From the NCBI RefSeq assembly GCF_009834535.1, contig NC_045707.1, positions 51,090,001 to 51,154,000 on the forward strand: a DNA stretch of 64,000 nucleotides, written 5' to 3'. Positions within the stretch are counted from its first letter, which is position 1. Each line of letters starts with the position of its first letter. The position numbers and the translations under genes are program-made. A model generated the notes under the pieces. That model worked only from the letters and a program-made list of their open reading frames with translations. It was not told the DNA's origin and searched no databases. Origin of the DNA: Camelus ferus (Eukaryota). Of this stretch, positions 1 through 11,800 are shown in pieces.

Positions 1-1729
1 TCATTGGGGTATTACTGTTGTAAATTTTATTATTTTCAATTGTTATTTTCAAAGTTTTTCATTATAATTAGCTGGAAAAATCACAGGAATGATAATTCTG
101 TTTGTAATTGTTCAATATATGTTTTGCATGCTTATTGTGTACCTTAAATTCTACTAAGGATTGCATATCCAGTTGTGAACAAAATAAAGACATTGAATAA
201 TCTTACAGTCTAGAGAAATATGCAGAAAGATTACTATTGCTGAGGTGGAGTGAGGCACATTGGAATTTGAGGAACAGTGACAGAAGAGTACTGGGGAAGA
301 AACTTTAGAGAAAGCCAAGAGCCAAAATGTGAGTGTATTGCTGAGGAGCTGAATACACTGAAATTACTGAAATTGTGGAAAGAATGTGATATAAATGGTT
401 TAGCCTTTAAAAGGAGGAAGGACCTTTTCGCTTTGTAATAGGAAGGGAGGAAGAATGGATGTGTACAGAAGCTTTTTATGTTTGTAAGTTTTGTGCCTGG
501 ATTTTGAGAATGGGGATGTCGTCTGCTAAAAATAAGAGTGAGAGATGTGTGGTCAAATTTTAAGTCAGATAAAACCTTAAATATAGTGGAGAATGAACTG
601 AAGATTTCATGACCTGTAATCAAGCAGTTCAAGTTCAAATCCTGATTCTTTAATATGTTAACTCTATGATCCTGAATGGTTTATATTTTATTCCTTACTG
701 TATATCCAACTCTTAGGGAAATAGCAGTCATTCTCAATAATGAGTTGTTAAGTGAATTATAAAGTCAGACTGATTCTGTGTTAGTGTTTAGCAAGGCAAC
801 TGTTATAGTATAGAAGAATAGGGCCGATGGAGGTATTGGTATGAAAGTGGATGAAGTGATGATTATGAAATCTTAGCTAAATAGACAAGGAGGTCAAGAT
901 TGGGGTGGGGAGGAGAGGTTAAAGAGAAGAGGAGTCGAGGGATTAAAGGGTTCTGTGCGGTAAAAGGGCAGGTATAATGTTAATAATTGGAAAAAGTTCC
1001 TGCTTGGACAAGATTCTAGTGTGGGGATGGGAGCAGGAGGCTACAGTGAATTCAAGAAACAAGTTAAAAAAAAAAAAGACCAGAATGAAAGTTATATAGA
1101 TGGAATAGATGCAAGAATTTCTAGATTGCTTAAGGGGCTTCTGATGGGAGACTATGAGCTGGGTGCCAAAAATGAATTTTGTGAAGGAGTGATTGGGAAA
1201 TTGGTAGTTTGCTGCTGCAGTAAGTAGGTAGTGATCAGATAGGTGGATATCATGTAAGACTGATAGCAGCTGGAGTTTTTACAGAATGGTAGAGGAACAA
1301 TAGCCTAGAAATTACAGGTTGGGATAAATCAACAACTTCTTTTGACCCTGGTGTATATGGATATGGGATGTGAACGAACGAGCATCTCCCAGTTGAAAGA
1401 GTGCCAAAGGCATTAGTGTACTAAAAGAGCCAAACTGTAGCTAAAGCAAGGAGATGGACAGGATGATTCAGTAAAAAGGCTGAGGATGTAAAATATTAAT
1501 TTATCTTGGAAAAGGATTTTCGAGAGCACAGTGGAAAGCTTTCTGAAGGAGGTAAAGACGAAGAAAATTTAGTTAAGGTGGAAAAATAACAGAGCTGTCT
1601 GGTGAAGAGATGAAGGTGAGACAGATTAGATGACCAAAGGATTTGATGTTTTGGATCATGACCTGAAACAGCAGGAATGTGAGGTAAAATGTATTTAGTT
1701 TGCTGCAAGATTTTAAAGATAATCTAAGT

Positions 1730-1930
1730 AAGGGCTGTCCGATATGGTAGCACTAACTACTTGTGGCTATTAACATTTAAAGTAATTACAATTACAATTA
1801 AAAATTTAGTTCTTTAGTTGCACTGGCCACAATTCAACTGCTCAGTAGACACATATAGATAGTGGCAACTATACTGGACACTGCAGAGAGCATTTCCATT
1901 ATCCTAGAAAGTCCTGTTAGATAAGCACTG
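1730..1930. mobile_element. MER3-like hAT-Charlie non-autonomous DNA transposon
   Basis: gctgtccgatatggtagc...gtggctatt...gttgcactggccaca...agcatttccattatcctagaaagtcctgttagataagcactg; degenerate 8-bp TSD atctaagt/gtctaaat. Confidence 0.7.
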
Positions 1931-2235
1931 GTCTAAATAGTCCACGATATGAGGAAAAGTGAAGGTTAAGAGCACTATGAGTCAGTCAGTGACTAGGGTG
2001 GAGTCTGGTGGTTTGTAGCCTGGTTTTAGAGCTCTGATCCTCAGGGGAGTTCATTGCTTAGCTAATTCTGTGCCCTTGCATTTTTCCCTGTTGCCTGTGG
2101 TTCAGCGGCTATAATAGCCTGAGTGATTGACAGTCGATTCTTCATAGCTCTGAGTGGCTCAGGAAAAGCTTAAGGGGTTGTCAGCCTGTAAACTAAAACA
2201 TAAATAAGCTTAATTTAAAAAAAAAAGGTTTAAAA

Positions 2236-2565
2236 ATTTTTTTTTTAATTTTTAATTTTTTTTCCTTTTTTAAAATTGAAATATAGTAAGTTTACAATTT
2301 CTGGTGTACAGCATCATGTTTCAGTCATACATATACATTTTTTTCTATTCTTTTTATTATAGGTTACTAAAAGATATTGAATATAGTTCCTTGAGCTATA
2401 CAGTATATACTTGTTTATCTATTTTATATGTAGTAGTTAGTATCTGCAAATCTTGAACTCCCAATTTATCTCTTTCCACCGCTTTTCCCCCTCCAATAAC
2501 CGTAAGTTTGTTTTCTATGCCTGTGAATCTGTTTCTCTTTTGTAAATAAGTTCATTAATGTCTTT
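2236..2565 (-). mobile_element. L1 3' end fragment with poly(T) tail
   Basis: poly-T followed by aattgaaatatagt...tctggtgtacagcat...gatattgaatatagttcc...gtttgttttctatgcctgtgaatctgtttc (cetartiodactyl-type L1 3' UTR). Confidence 0.8.
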
Positions 2566-2706
2566 AAAAAAATGATTCTTAATTTTAAATATTTGGTGCT
2601 GATTATAATAAAATTTAAAATCAAAATAATTATTTGTTTGTTGTTGATTCATTTGAATCTCCAAATGTAATGTGATTAACTTATGCTTTTGGTTTATTGC
2701 TTTAAG

Positions 2707-2850
2707 ATGGCGCAGCACTCTGCAGGTGGACGTGATACTCGGTTTTTACGTGATGAAATTCGCCAACTTGAAAAGCAATTGGAACAAAAAGACAGAGAAC
2801 TGGAGGACATGGAAAAAGAGTTGGAGAAAGAAAAGAAAGTTAATGAACAA
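2707..2850 (+). CDS. CEP290: CEP290 exon ~6 (144 nt)
   Basis: tttaag|ATG...CAA|gtaagg; [48 protein letters not shown]. Confidence 0.95.
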
Positions 2851-5800
2851 GTAAGGCACATTTTTTCAATGGATCTTCAAGTTACCTAAAAACAACACCT
2901 GTGTTTGCCTTATATAATTATTAGTAACAATACTAATTTTTATGTTTTATGTTATATGTGAGAGTTGATGTACACTTATTTCTAAGGTTTTATATCACAG
3001 TTCATGTTATCATCACATCTTTAAAATATAATGGATCAGGTACTTCTAGTGAATATGTCCTAGGGATTAGTTTTTTACATTTGGAGGTACATTTTTTTCA
3101 GGGTGTTTGAGTTGTTTACATAAAGTTGATTTGGTCTGGAATATTGGAATGAAAAACTTAATAGACATTCAAAACCAATTGATTTTTTAATTTGCCATAG
3201 TTTATTTTGGGAAAAAAGATATTTATTTGTATTGATATTAGTAGTAAACTTGGAAATTAATCTTTAAATGATGTACTCAATAATAATCAAATTTTTTATT
3301 TTCAGATGTACCTCACATGTAATACATAGGTTTTCAAAAAGTGTTAATGTCAGAATTTTGTAAATCAATTTGTATTTTAAATCGACATCATCTTTTATAT
3401 TAGCATGATTTTTTATTACTTCATATATTATGCTTATTATTTTTAAAATAACTCATGCAATGTTCACTTAAATTTAGTTTGAGGAAAAAATAAGTTTTTT
3501 GCAGATAAACTTGTTTTCCCACAAGAAAACAGTATGTTTTCTATTTTGCCTCAGCTGTCAGTGAACTTAGTACAAAATTTGGTGCCTGTATGTAGTAACT
3601 GTCCCAGCCCTGAATCCCAGAAGCTTTTTCTACCTTTGTGTCCTTTAGAAAGTCAGTGTTGTATTACATCCTGATAACCTTATAATGTCTGTTGTTCTCT
3701 TTGAAATAGATGGTTGTGAACTTCAGGTAAACCACAGTGATTATGAGGTGACATTGCTATTTGAAAAGAATCCACTGTAGACTGATTTGTAAGGAAAAGC
3801 ATCCTTACACTTGATATATCTATTTTACTATATAATTTGAAAGTCATGTGAAAGTGAACTATCTATATAGTTTTTGCAGGAAAAAGTATGGATTGTTGCC
3901 ACCTAAGGGTTAAGATAAGCTTTTGGAGGATTATGTGTTTAGTTGACTCAGTAAAACGTAACAGATCTATGGATTTCTTAATCATGAAGGATCTAACCTG
4001 TGCTACACTGTAGTAATAGGTTTACTTAGGGAGATGTCTGTCTGTGTGGTTTTCTGAATTATTGTTCTTCTGTTTAGCCCAGATATTAGTCAATTTCTCT
4101 TCACTGATACTACACACCATTAGCTACTCTGAACTATCTTGTCCATTCATATCTTAGACTATTATCTTTATTCATAGGCACACACAGAAAACTTGTATAG
4201 ATGGCCTCAGTACCTCTCCAGATGCTAGATTTCTTAAGAATATGGACGTGAGTTGCTTTGGCAATTTCTTCTTTGTCTTTAACCAATCATTCAGTTTTAC
4301 TGAGTATTTATTGCATGCCAGAAACTGTGCTAGGTACTAAAGATACAGTGGGCAATGCTGTTCTGCTTCTCAGGGATATTCACCATCAATAATAAATGTA
4401 ACGTAGGATAATATGATACTCTGGAGACACATAAGGATATAAGAATAGTCTGGGGTACTCTGGAGAGGTATACCTGAATCAGTCTAGAGATTCAGAAAAT
4501 GATCTGTAAACTGAGACCTCAAGTAGGAGTTAGCCTGGCACAGGAAATGAGATATACTTGGTGGTTATGGAAAGGACATTTTGGGTAGCAGATACAGTGT
4601 TTGCTAAGACCTAGAGGTAAGAGGTAGCATGGTATATTCAGGAAGCTACAGTTATTCATTTAGGCTGGAACATGTATAAAAATAGCTAGCATAGAGTCCT
4701 TACTAAGTGCTAGATATTTTACGTTTGGGATTATTTTGGGATTATTATTTGGGATTTTTTGGGATTATTATTTGGGATTATTATTCCCCATTTGGGATAG
4801 GTAACATTTCCCCTATGCTACAGAGGAAAAAACTGAGGCACAGAAAGGGTAAGTAATTGCCCATAGCTACGTAGCTAATAAGTGATAAAACCATGATTTG
4901 ATCTAGATTTACTCTAGAGTGTGTGCTCTTAACCTCTGTGCTACCCTACCTCTGAGCTTTTAACATTTACGATCCTGTGGAAAGATAAGCAGAGGCCGAT
5001 TCCTAACGAATTTAGTCCTTTTTCTAAAAGGAGCCAATGAAGAATTTGGAACATATCATGATCAAATCTGTACTTTTCAAGTTTACTCTGCTTTGTGGAG
5101 AGTGAATTGAAGGGGTGCAAGGCTAGTAAGGAAACATTTGTACTAATTCAGGCAAGTGTGATGATAGACTAGTTAAAGAAGTAAATGTGGGGCATTAGGA
5201 CGTAGACACATTTGAGAGATGTAGATGTAATTAGATATGATGAATGACTGGTTGTCTGCGAAGAGGGAGGAATGGGTAGTCCACCTAATTTTCTGGGTAG
5301 AGCCACTGGATAGGTGGATAGTGCTATTCACTTAGAACACAAGAAGTGCTTAGGAAGTTTGTGATTATTATTTGTTTTGTACATGTTGAATTTGAGGTTC
5401 CTGTGGGCATATTCAAAAAGAGTATCTGTGGATATGAAATTCATGAGAGACACTGGGTTGATGATAAAGATTTGTGGGTCATCAGCATAGATACTGAAGC
5501 CATAAAAGTGGTTGTAAGGCAGATCTCTGAGGTATAGAAATGTCTAATGAGACAGGAAGAGGTGCTTCAAGGGACAGCCCAAGAAAGGACAAATATCAAG
5601 AGTCTGATGTTTCAAAAACCAAAGGAAAAGAGCGTCAGTAGTGTTAATTGCTTCAGCCTTAAGTTCTTGACATTTCTCTTCTTGTTAAAATTTTCAAATT
5701 CAAAACAGGATGGGACTGGTTCTTAACTCCTAGATAATAATAATAGGTAAACTAAGACTTGTATAGCACAGTGCATCTTATCATAAACTTTCTTTAAACT

Positions 5801-8800
5801 TTATTTTGAAAACTTTTCTATCTTCATTAAGAGTGTAAGAAAGACAGTAAACACCCATGTACTCTTCATACAGGTCCACCAGTTAACACTGTGCTACGTA
5901 TGCTTTCTCTGTCAGTATCTTTGTACACACGTATTTCTCTCTTTCTCTCTCCTCTCCTCTTTTTGCTGAACCATTGAGTGTATTGCAGATATTGTGATAT
6001 TTCATACTTAAATATTTCAGCATGTTTCCACTGAAAGGAGAATTGTATTCTCCTTTATAAAGAGAATTATATTCTCCAACATAACTGCTATATAATTAGC
6101 ATACCCATGAAATGTAGTATCAATTCAATACTGTTATCTAATCTCTAGTCCATAAACTGATTTCCCTTACTGGCATAATAAGAACCCCCTCCCCCAGTAT
6201 CCAAGCGTCCATGCTTCTTTTTAACCATTTTGTTATACTGCCTTGTATTTCTAAGTAATTTAATGCTCACTGAGAGCAAAGAGTATTCTAGCCCTGATAA
6301 TAGAAGAACTGCAAAATGATAAAGGTCTTGGACAGAAGACTACTCATTATTATGTCTTGGGCTGGATGAGGGTAATGTTTTTGTTTTCTGTATCCTTTGG
6401 TTAGAGTTTTTTGTTGTATGATTTTTTTTAAACTCAACCTGCTTAACCCTTCTTAATCCTTAGTTTTCAGAATTTTGGCTTATTCATGTCTTGGGTCATC
6501 ACGAGGTCCTTAGTAGTTAAACATTCTCTTCTTTATTGTGGAGGAACTGAAAACCTAATATTATAAAATTACTTCTGAATTTCATCATTCATTTGTTTTT
6601 TGCTATTTTAGTTGGCTCTTCGAAATGAGGAGGCAGAAAATGAAAACAGCAAATTAAGAAGAGAGGTTCGTAAAAAATTTTAGTAGTTATGGTGGTTCAA
6701 CAGAGATGATTGTTTAAAAAGTTTTCGTAAGTTTATACTGTAGCTAAAACTGGAGTCGTCTAAATAATTGATGTTTTCAAACTGTCTGATTTTATAATAT
6801 AACTTTGTCTTAAGGAAATAGAAAGTAAATTGAAAGGTGAAGACATTAATACATTCATCTTTTAGGTCTGTGTGGGTAGCTCTTTGTTTTATAAGCTGTT
6901 CTTTGCTAGTTTGCTGTCTAAATATATGACTGGATTTCTACCTTATTTCTCATATTTTATCTAGCGTTCTTTTAAAACTTTTGTTTCTGACAAGTTTCAA
7001 TTATTATTTGGTTCTTTTAAGCCAAATAATGTTTGTACATTGTTTATCCTGATAGGAGTTCTTGCCTTTTCAGTATAATCAACTTTTTTTTGGTTTTGGT
7101 TGGTACTTACTATTCTTGCTTTCTTTGGTTATCCTTATTCTCCTAAATTTTCTTTTTGCTGTTTTCTTTAATTTCTAATTATTATTTTTAACTCTGTATT
7201 GCCTTTCTCATTTGTAATTACCTTTTTCCTGTCCTTTTCTGGAGAACAAACGTCTAAAGAAAAAGGTGAGGTTTTAAGGGTGGTGAAACCTTGGGCATTT
7301 AGAGATATGTTTTGAGATCACTGTTTAGAGGGTGCAATTCTGTTTCTTTGGATAGTTTTTTTAATAGAATATTGTGTTTGATCTACCTTCAGAATGAACA
7401 GCTTCGTCAGGATATTATTGACTATCAGAAACAAATAGATTCACAAAAAGAAACACTTTTATCAAGAAGAGGAGAAGACAGTGACTATCGATCACAATTG
7501 TCTAAAAAAAACTATGAGCTTGTCCAATATCTGGATGAAATTCAGGTAAAATGGATAGAAGTCAGTTCAAAGCAATATGTTTTTTGTTGTTGTTGTTGTT
7601 TTTGTTTTTTTTAATGGAGGTACTAGGGATTGAACGCAGGACCTTGTGCATGCTAAGCATGCTCTCTACCACTGAGCTATACTAACCCTCTCCTCAAAAC
7701 AATGATTTTTTTTATAAAACTTTAATTTCATTGTAATGTAATTCTAGCATTTAGCTCTACATTTAAATTCTTTAAATCTGTAAATATGGGATTGTAAAAG
7801 GTAAAATAAGTTGCATCTTTGAAGTTGCAAATCTTGCAAATTTATTCCTGTTAACATTCCTATCTTGGGCATTGTTTAAGAACTAAGATCCTTAGTTCCA
7901 GTTTTCTTGATATTTAATTTGATTTAATTGGCCAACAACAGTTGATACTAAATATCTATAAAGAATTCTGTTTTCTCCAACAGACACTTATGACTCTATT
8001 TAATTTTACTTTAATTTAAATTTTAGTTTCTGAAATTTTTTTTAACTACAACGTCTTTACCTTCTTAGACTTTAACAGAAGCTAATGAGAAAATTGAACT
8101 TCAGAATCAAGAAATGAGAAAAAATCTAGAGGAATCTGTACAGGAAATGGAGAAGATGACTGATGAATATAATAGGATGAAAGCTATTGTGCATCAGACA
8201 GATAGTATAATGGACCAATTAAAGAAAGAAAATGATCATTATCGGCTTCAGGTAAAAATTCTTGTTAGACTAACTGATTTGGGCAGATGTCATATTGCCT
8301 CATTATTATTTACTGGAAAGGAGGAAGTACTTTAACTTTCTAGGACATGAGTTTTTGTCTTATGCTCCAGTATGTCATCTTATACTGTAACATGTTGCCA
8401 TGCTGATACGTTTGTCCATATTTATTTCTCTAGTCTCCTTTCGTATACCTTGTAACTCTTGCCATGCAGGGTACATGGGTGATAACCTGAATGAATGTGT
8501 AGATAGCAGTCTGGCAAAGCTAATAATTACAGGGAATTTTCTACTAACGACTCTTCAAAGTCCTGTGGACCATAAAGTTTAATTTTACACCTTAAGATAA
8601 ATACACTCTAAGTATCATCAAAACCAATACATTGTTCACTATTTACATGGATTAAAGTCATTTAAAAAAATAGAGTAGTGCTTAAAAACATAATTTTCTA
8701 GTAATAGAAATAGACAACTGTAAAGATGCACAAACCATTAAATGTCACCTCTAATTACAGAACTGCTCCTGTATTCATTTGTATATGTATACACGTGCAT

Positions 8801-11800
8801 GCATTTGCTTATCATGTGTGTAATGTACATGTAAATATTCTTATATAATAAATATGTATATATTGCACTGATTTGCAATAATTCTTGAAATTGTTGCTTT
8901 TCAGGTGCAGGAGCTTACAGATCTTCTGAAAGCAAAAAATGAAGAAGATGATCCAGTTATGGCAGCTGTCAATGCAAAAGTAGAAGAATGGAAGGTGCTT
9001 TTTTCAATTGCTATTAGTTTTTTCATTTTTATTTTAGATTTCAATTTTTTAGTCTTTTTTTTAAAAGGCCTATACTAGTTAATGACCTTTTCATTAGGCA
9101 TTTTTAAAAGTGTACTAAATGTCTTAGCTAGAAAAGCTCTAAGAACTGTCTTCTGGCTTATTTGTTGTTGAATAGATTCTTCTACATCAACGAGTTAAAC
9201 TTTAATCTAAATTTTATGGTAGAAATTATAAGTACAAAATATAATATAGTTGTCATCTCAAAGAGATCATTGTAAATAACAGCTAAATATTTTCACATAA
9301 ATCATTCTTACATTGTATATATTTGTTATATGGTTCTAGGTTTAATTTTAGTTTTTCTGACTCTCCTTCTATGTTAGATTAATCAAGCTATTGGCATTGG
9401 GTGGGAATGGGAGTAAGGAAATGGACTGGGAATCAATGTAAGGAAAGGGGTCTTTTATAATCACCTGAGAAGACTTTTCAAAAGTCTATTCCTCCTCACC
9501 AGTCTGTAACTCCAACCAAATCTCTTAGCCTTACTTATCATATTAGAAGTTAGGATTGTAACGATTGTGTATTTAAAAAAAAAATCTGAAATGATTCTAA
9601 ATAAATAATTCTAATTTAAAAAGTTATCCCTTTTATAGTCATTGTTTCTAATAGTGTTCACATAAATCTTGTTGCCTATTTGGAATTATGTGGGAGGCTA
9701 AGATAACCTTTATTTTAAACAAAAGCAGTAGCAATGGAAATAAGGTTTATAGAATCAGCCAGAGGTCAGTAAACCTTTTGTGAAAGGCCAGGGAGTCAGT
9801 ATTTTGGACCAGTTTAGTTTTTGATATAATAACATGAAAGCAGCTGTATAATACACAAATAAATGAGCAAGGCTGTTTTCCAATAAAACTTTACAGAAGC
9901 AGGCAGCAGGTCAAATTGAGCCATAGTTTACCAACCCCAGGAAGAAAAGAGTTGTTTTTAACTGTTTAATTTTGTGGGGAGAGTTGTTAGTGTAGGTATT
10001 CTTCTGCACTTTGTTTTTCCTTCGTATTTTTAACAATTGGCTTATATCAGTACATATAGTATTGCTTTGCTCTTTTTTAATGACTAATTTTTCTTTGTAA
10101 CTATATATGTTATTTACTTAATGGATTCCCTGTTGTGTGCCATTTAGGAAGTTTCTGATTTTCTTGTTAGCTACAAGGTTTTAATGAGTATCCTTGTATG
10201 TTATTTTGAAAATGTATATCTGTAGAATAAATGCTACAAATGTAATTCTGATATAAATTGCAAATATATCCCTCCAGTGCATCACTTGTCTTTTGGCTTT
10301 ATGGTATTTTTTGCTATGAAGTATTTCTTTTTATATTGTGTACATTTTTTTTAATGGCTTTTGGCCTTTGCATCATAATTAGAAAAGATTCTGAATATAA
10401 AATTGTTCTCATATTTTCTTCTAGTATTTTCTAATTTCATATTTTACCTTTAAATTTAGCATATATTATTTATTTTGATATGAAAGGTGACAGAGGGATG
10501 CAACAGAGCTACTCTGTTGTCCAAGCATCGTTTATTGAATATTTCATCTTTCTTCTACTGAAATACAGTTCCATTTTTATTATATACAAAACTCAAAACT
10601 GCTGAATTTGAATTTATTTCTGGTCTCTCTTCTTTTTTATTGATTGATCTGTTTTCTTACCACATACAGTTTTTAATTATTATGTTTAAAAATTTGAAAA
10701 AGCTGTTCTCATTATTTTTCTGTTCTTTAGACTCTTACAAAAGTGCTTTTTTAATACAAATTTTAGAAATAATTCTTTAAAATATTATAGTTATTTTATT
10801 GGATATGTATTAAATATATAAATTAATTTATAGACTGATTTTGCTATTTCATCCTAGCAAAGAATACAAGATACCTTTCATTTGTTTAAACTAATGTGTT
10901 TATGACATAACATTAATTTCAGGTGTGCAATGTAATGATTTGATATTTGTATACATTGCAAAATGATTACCACAGTAAGCCTGGTTAACATCCATACTCA
11001 TACATATTTACAGTTTTTTTCCTTTGGTGGCGAGAACTTTGAAGATCCATTCTCTTAGCTATTTTCAAATATGCAGTACAGTATTAAAAAATGATGGTTA
11101 GATGCCATGAAGTAGATAGCAGTACCTTAACCGCATGCATGTTGTCAGGCCTGAAGGCCTGTTGCATTCCTGCTAAGGGGAGTGCTAACCTTCTCTTTTC
11201 CGATAATACAGCAAGATGCATTTCATTCATTCAAGATATTTTATGATTCTTAGTGTCATTTTAATGTTTTCTTCCTAAAGAGTAGTTGTACAAAGCTTTT
11301 TGTAGCTGTAGGGAGACATTAATAACTTCTTGTTTTAGGAGTGGGTTTTAGAACCTTGAGATTGTTTAAAAGATTGAATTCCTTAGAAAGCAAAAAATAC
11401 AGTGTATATTTTTTAATCGTTTCCTATTTGAACTTCAGGTTGTATGCACCAAAGGAACAATGCTCATTCCAATACTTTCTGATATTTTCTCACTTCAAAG
11501 AATTTTATTTCCTGTATTTTCTTGAAATCTGCTAATATTTCATATTAGAGTACTTACTGTAAATGAAATTGCTTTATTAATTTTCCTCTTATGTAACATC
11601 CTATTTTGTTTATTTCTAGTTAATTTTGTCTTCTAAGGATGATGAAATTATTGAGTATCAGCAAATGTTACATAACCTGCGGGAGAAACTGAAAAATGCC
11701 CAGCTTGATGCTGATAAAAGTAATGTTATGGCTCTACAACAGGTAAAACTTTCTCAAAATTTGGCTTATTAACCAGTTTTATTAAAGTTGGCAATGAAGC

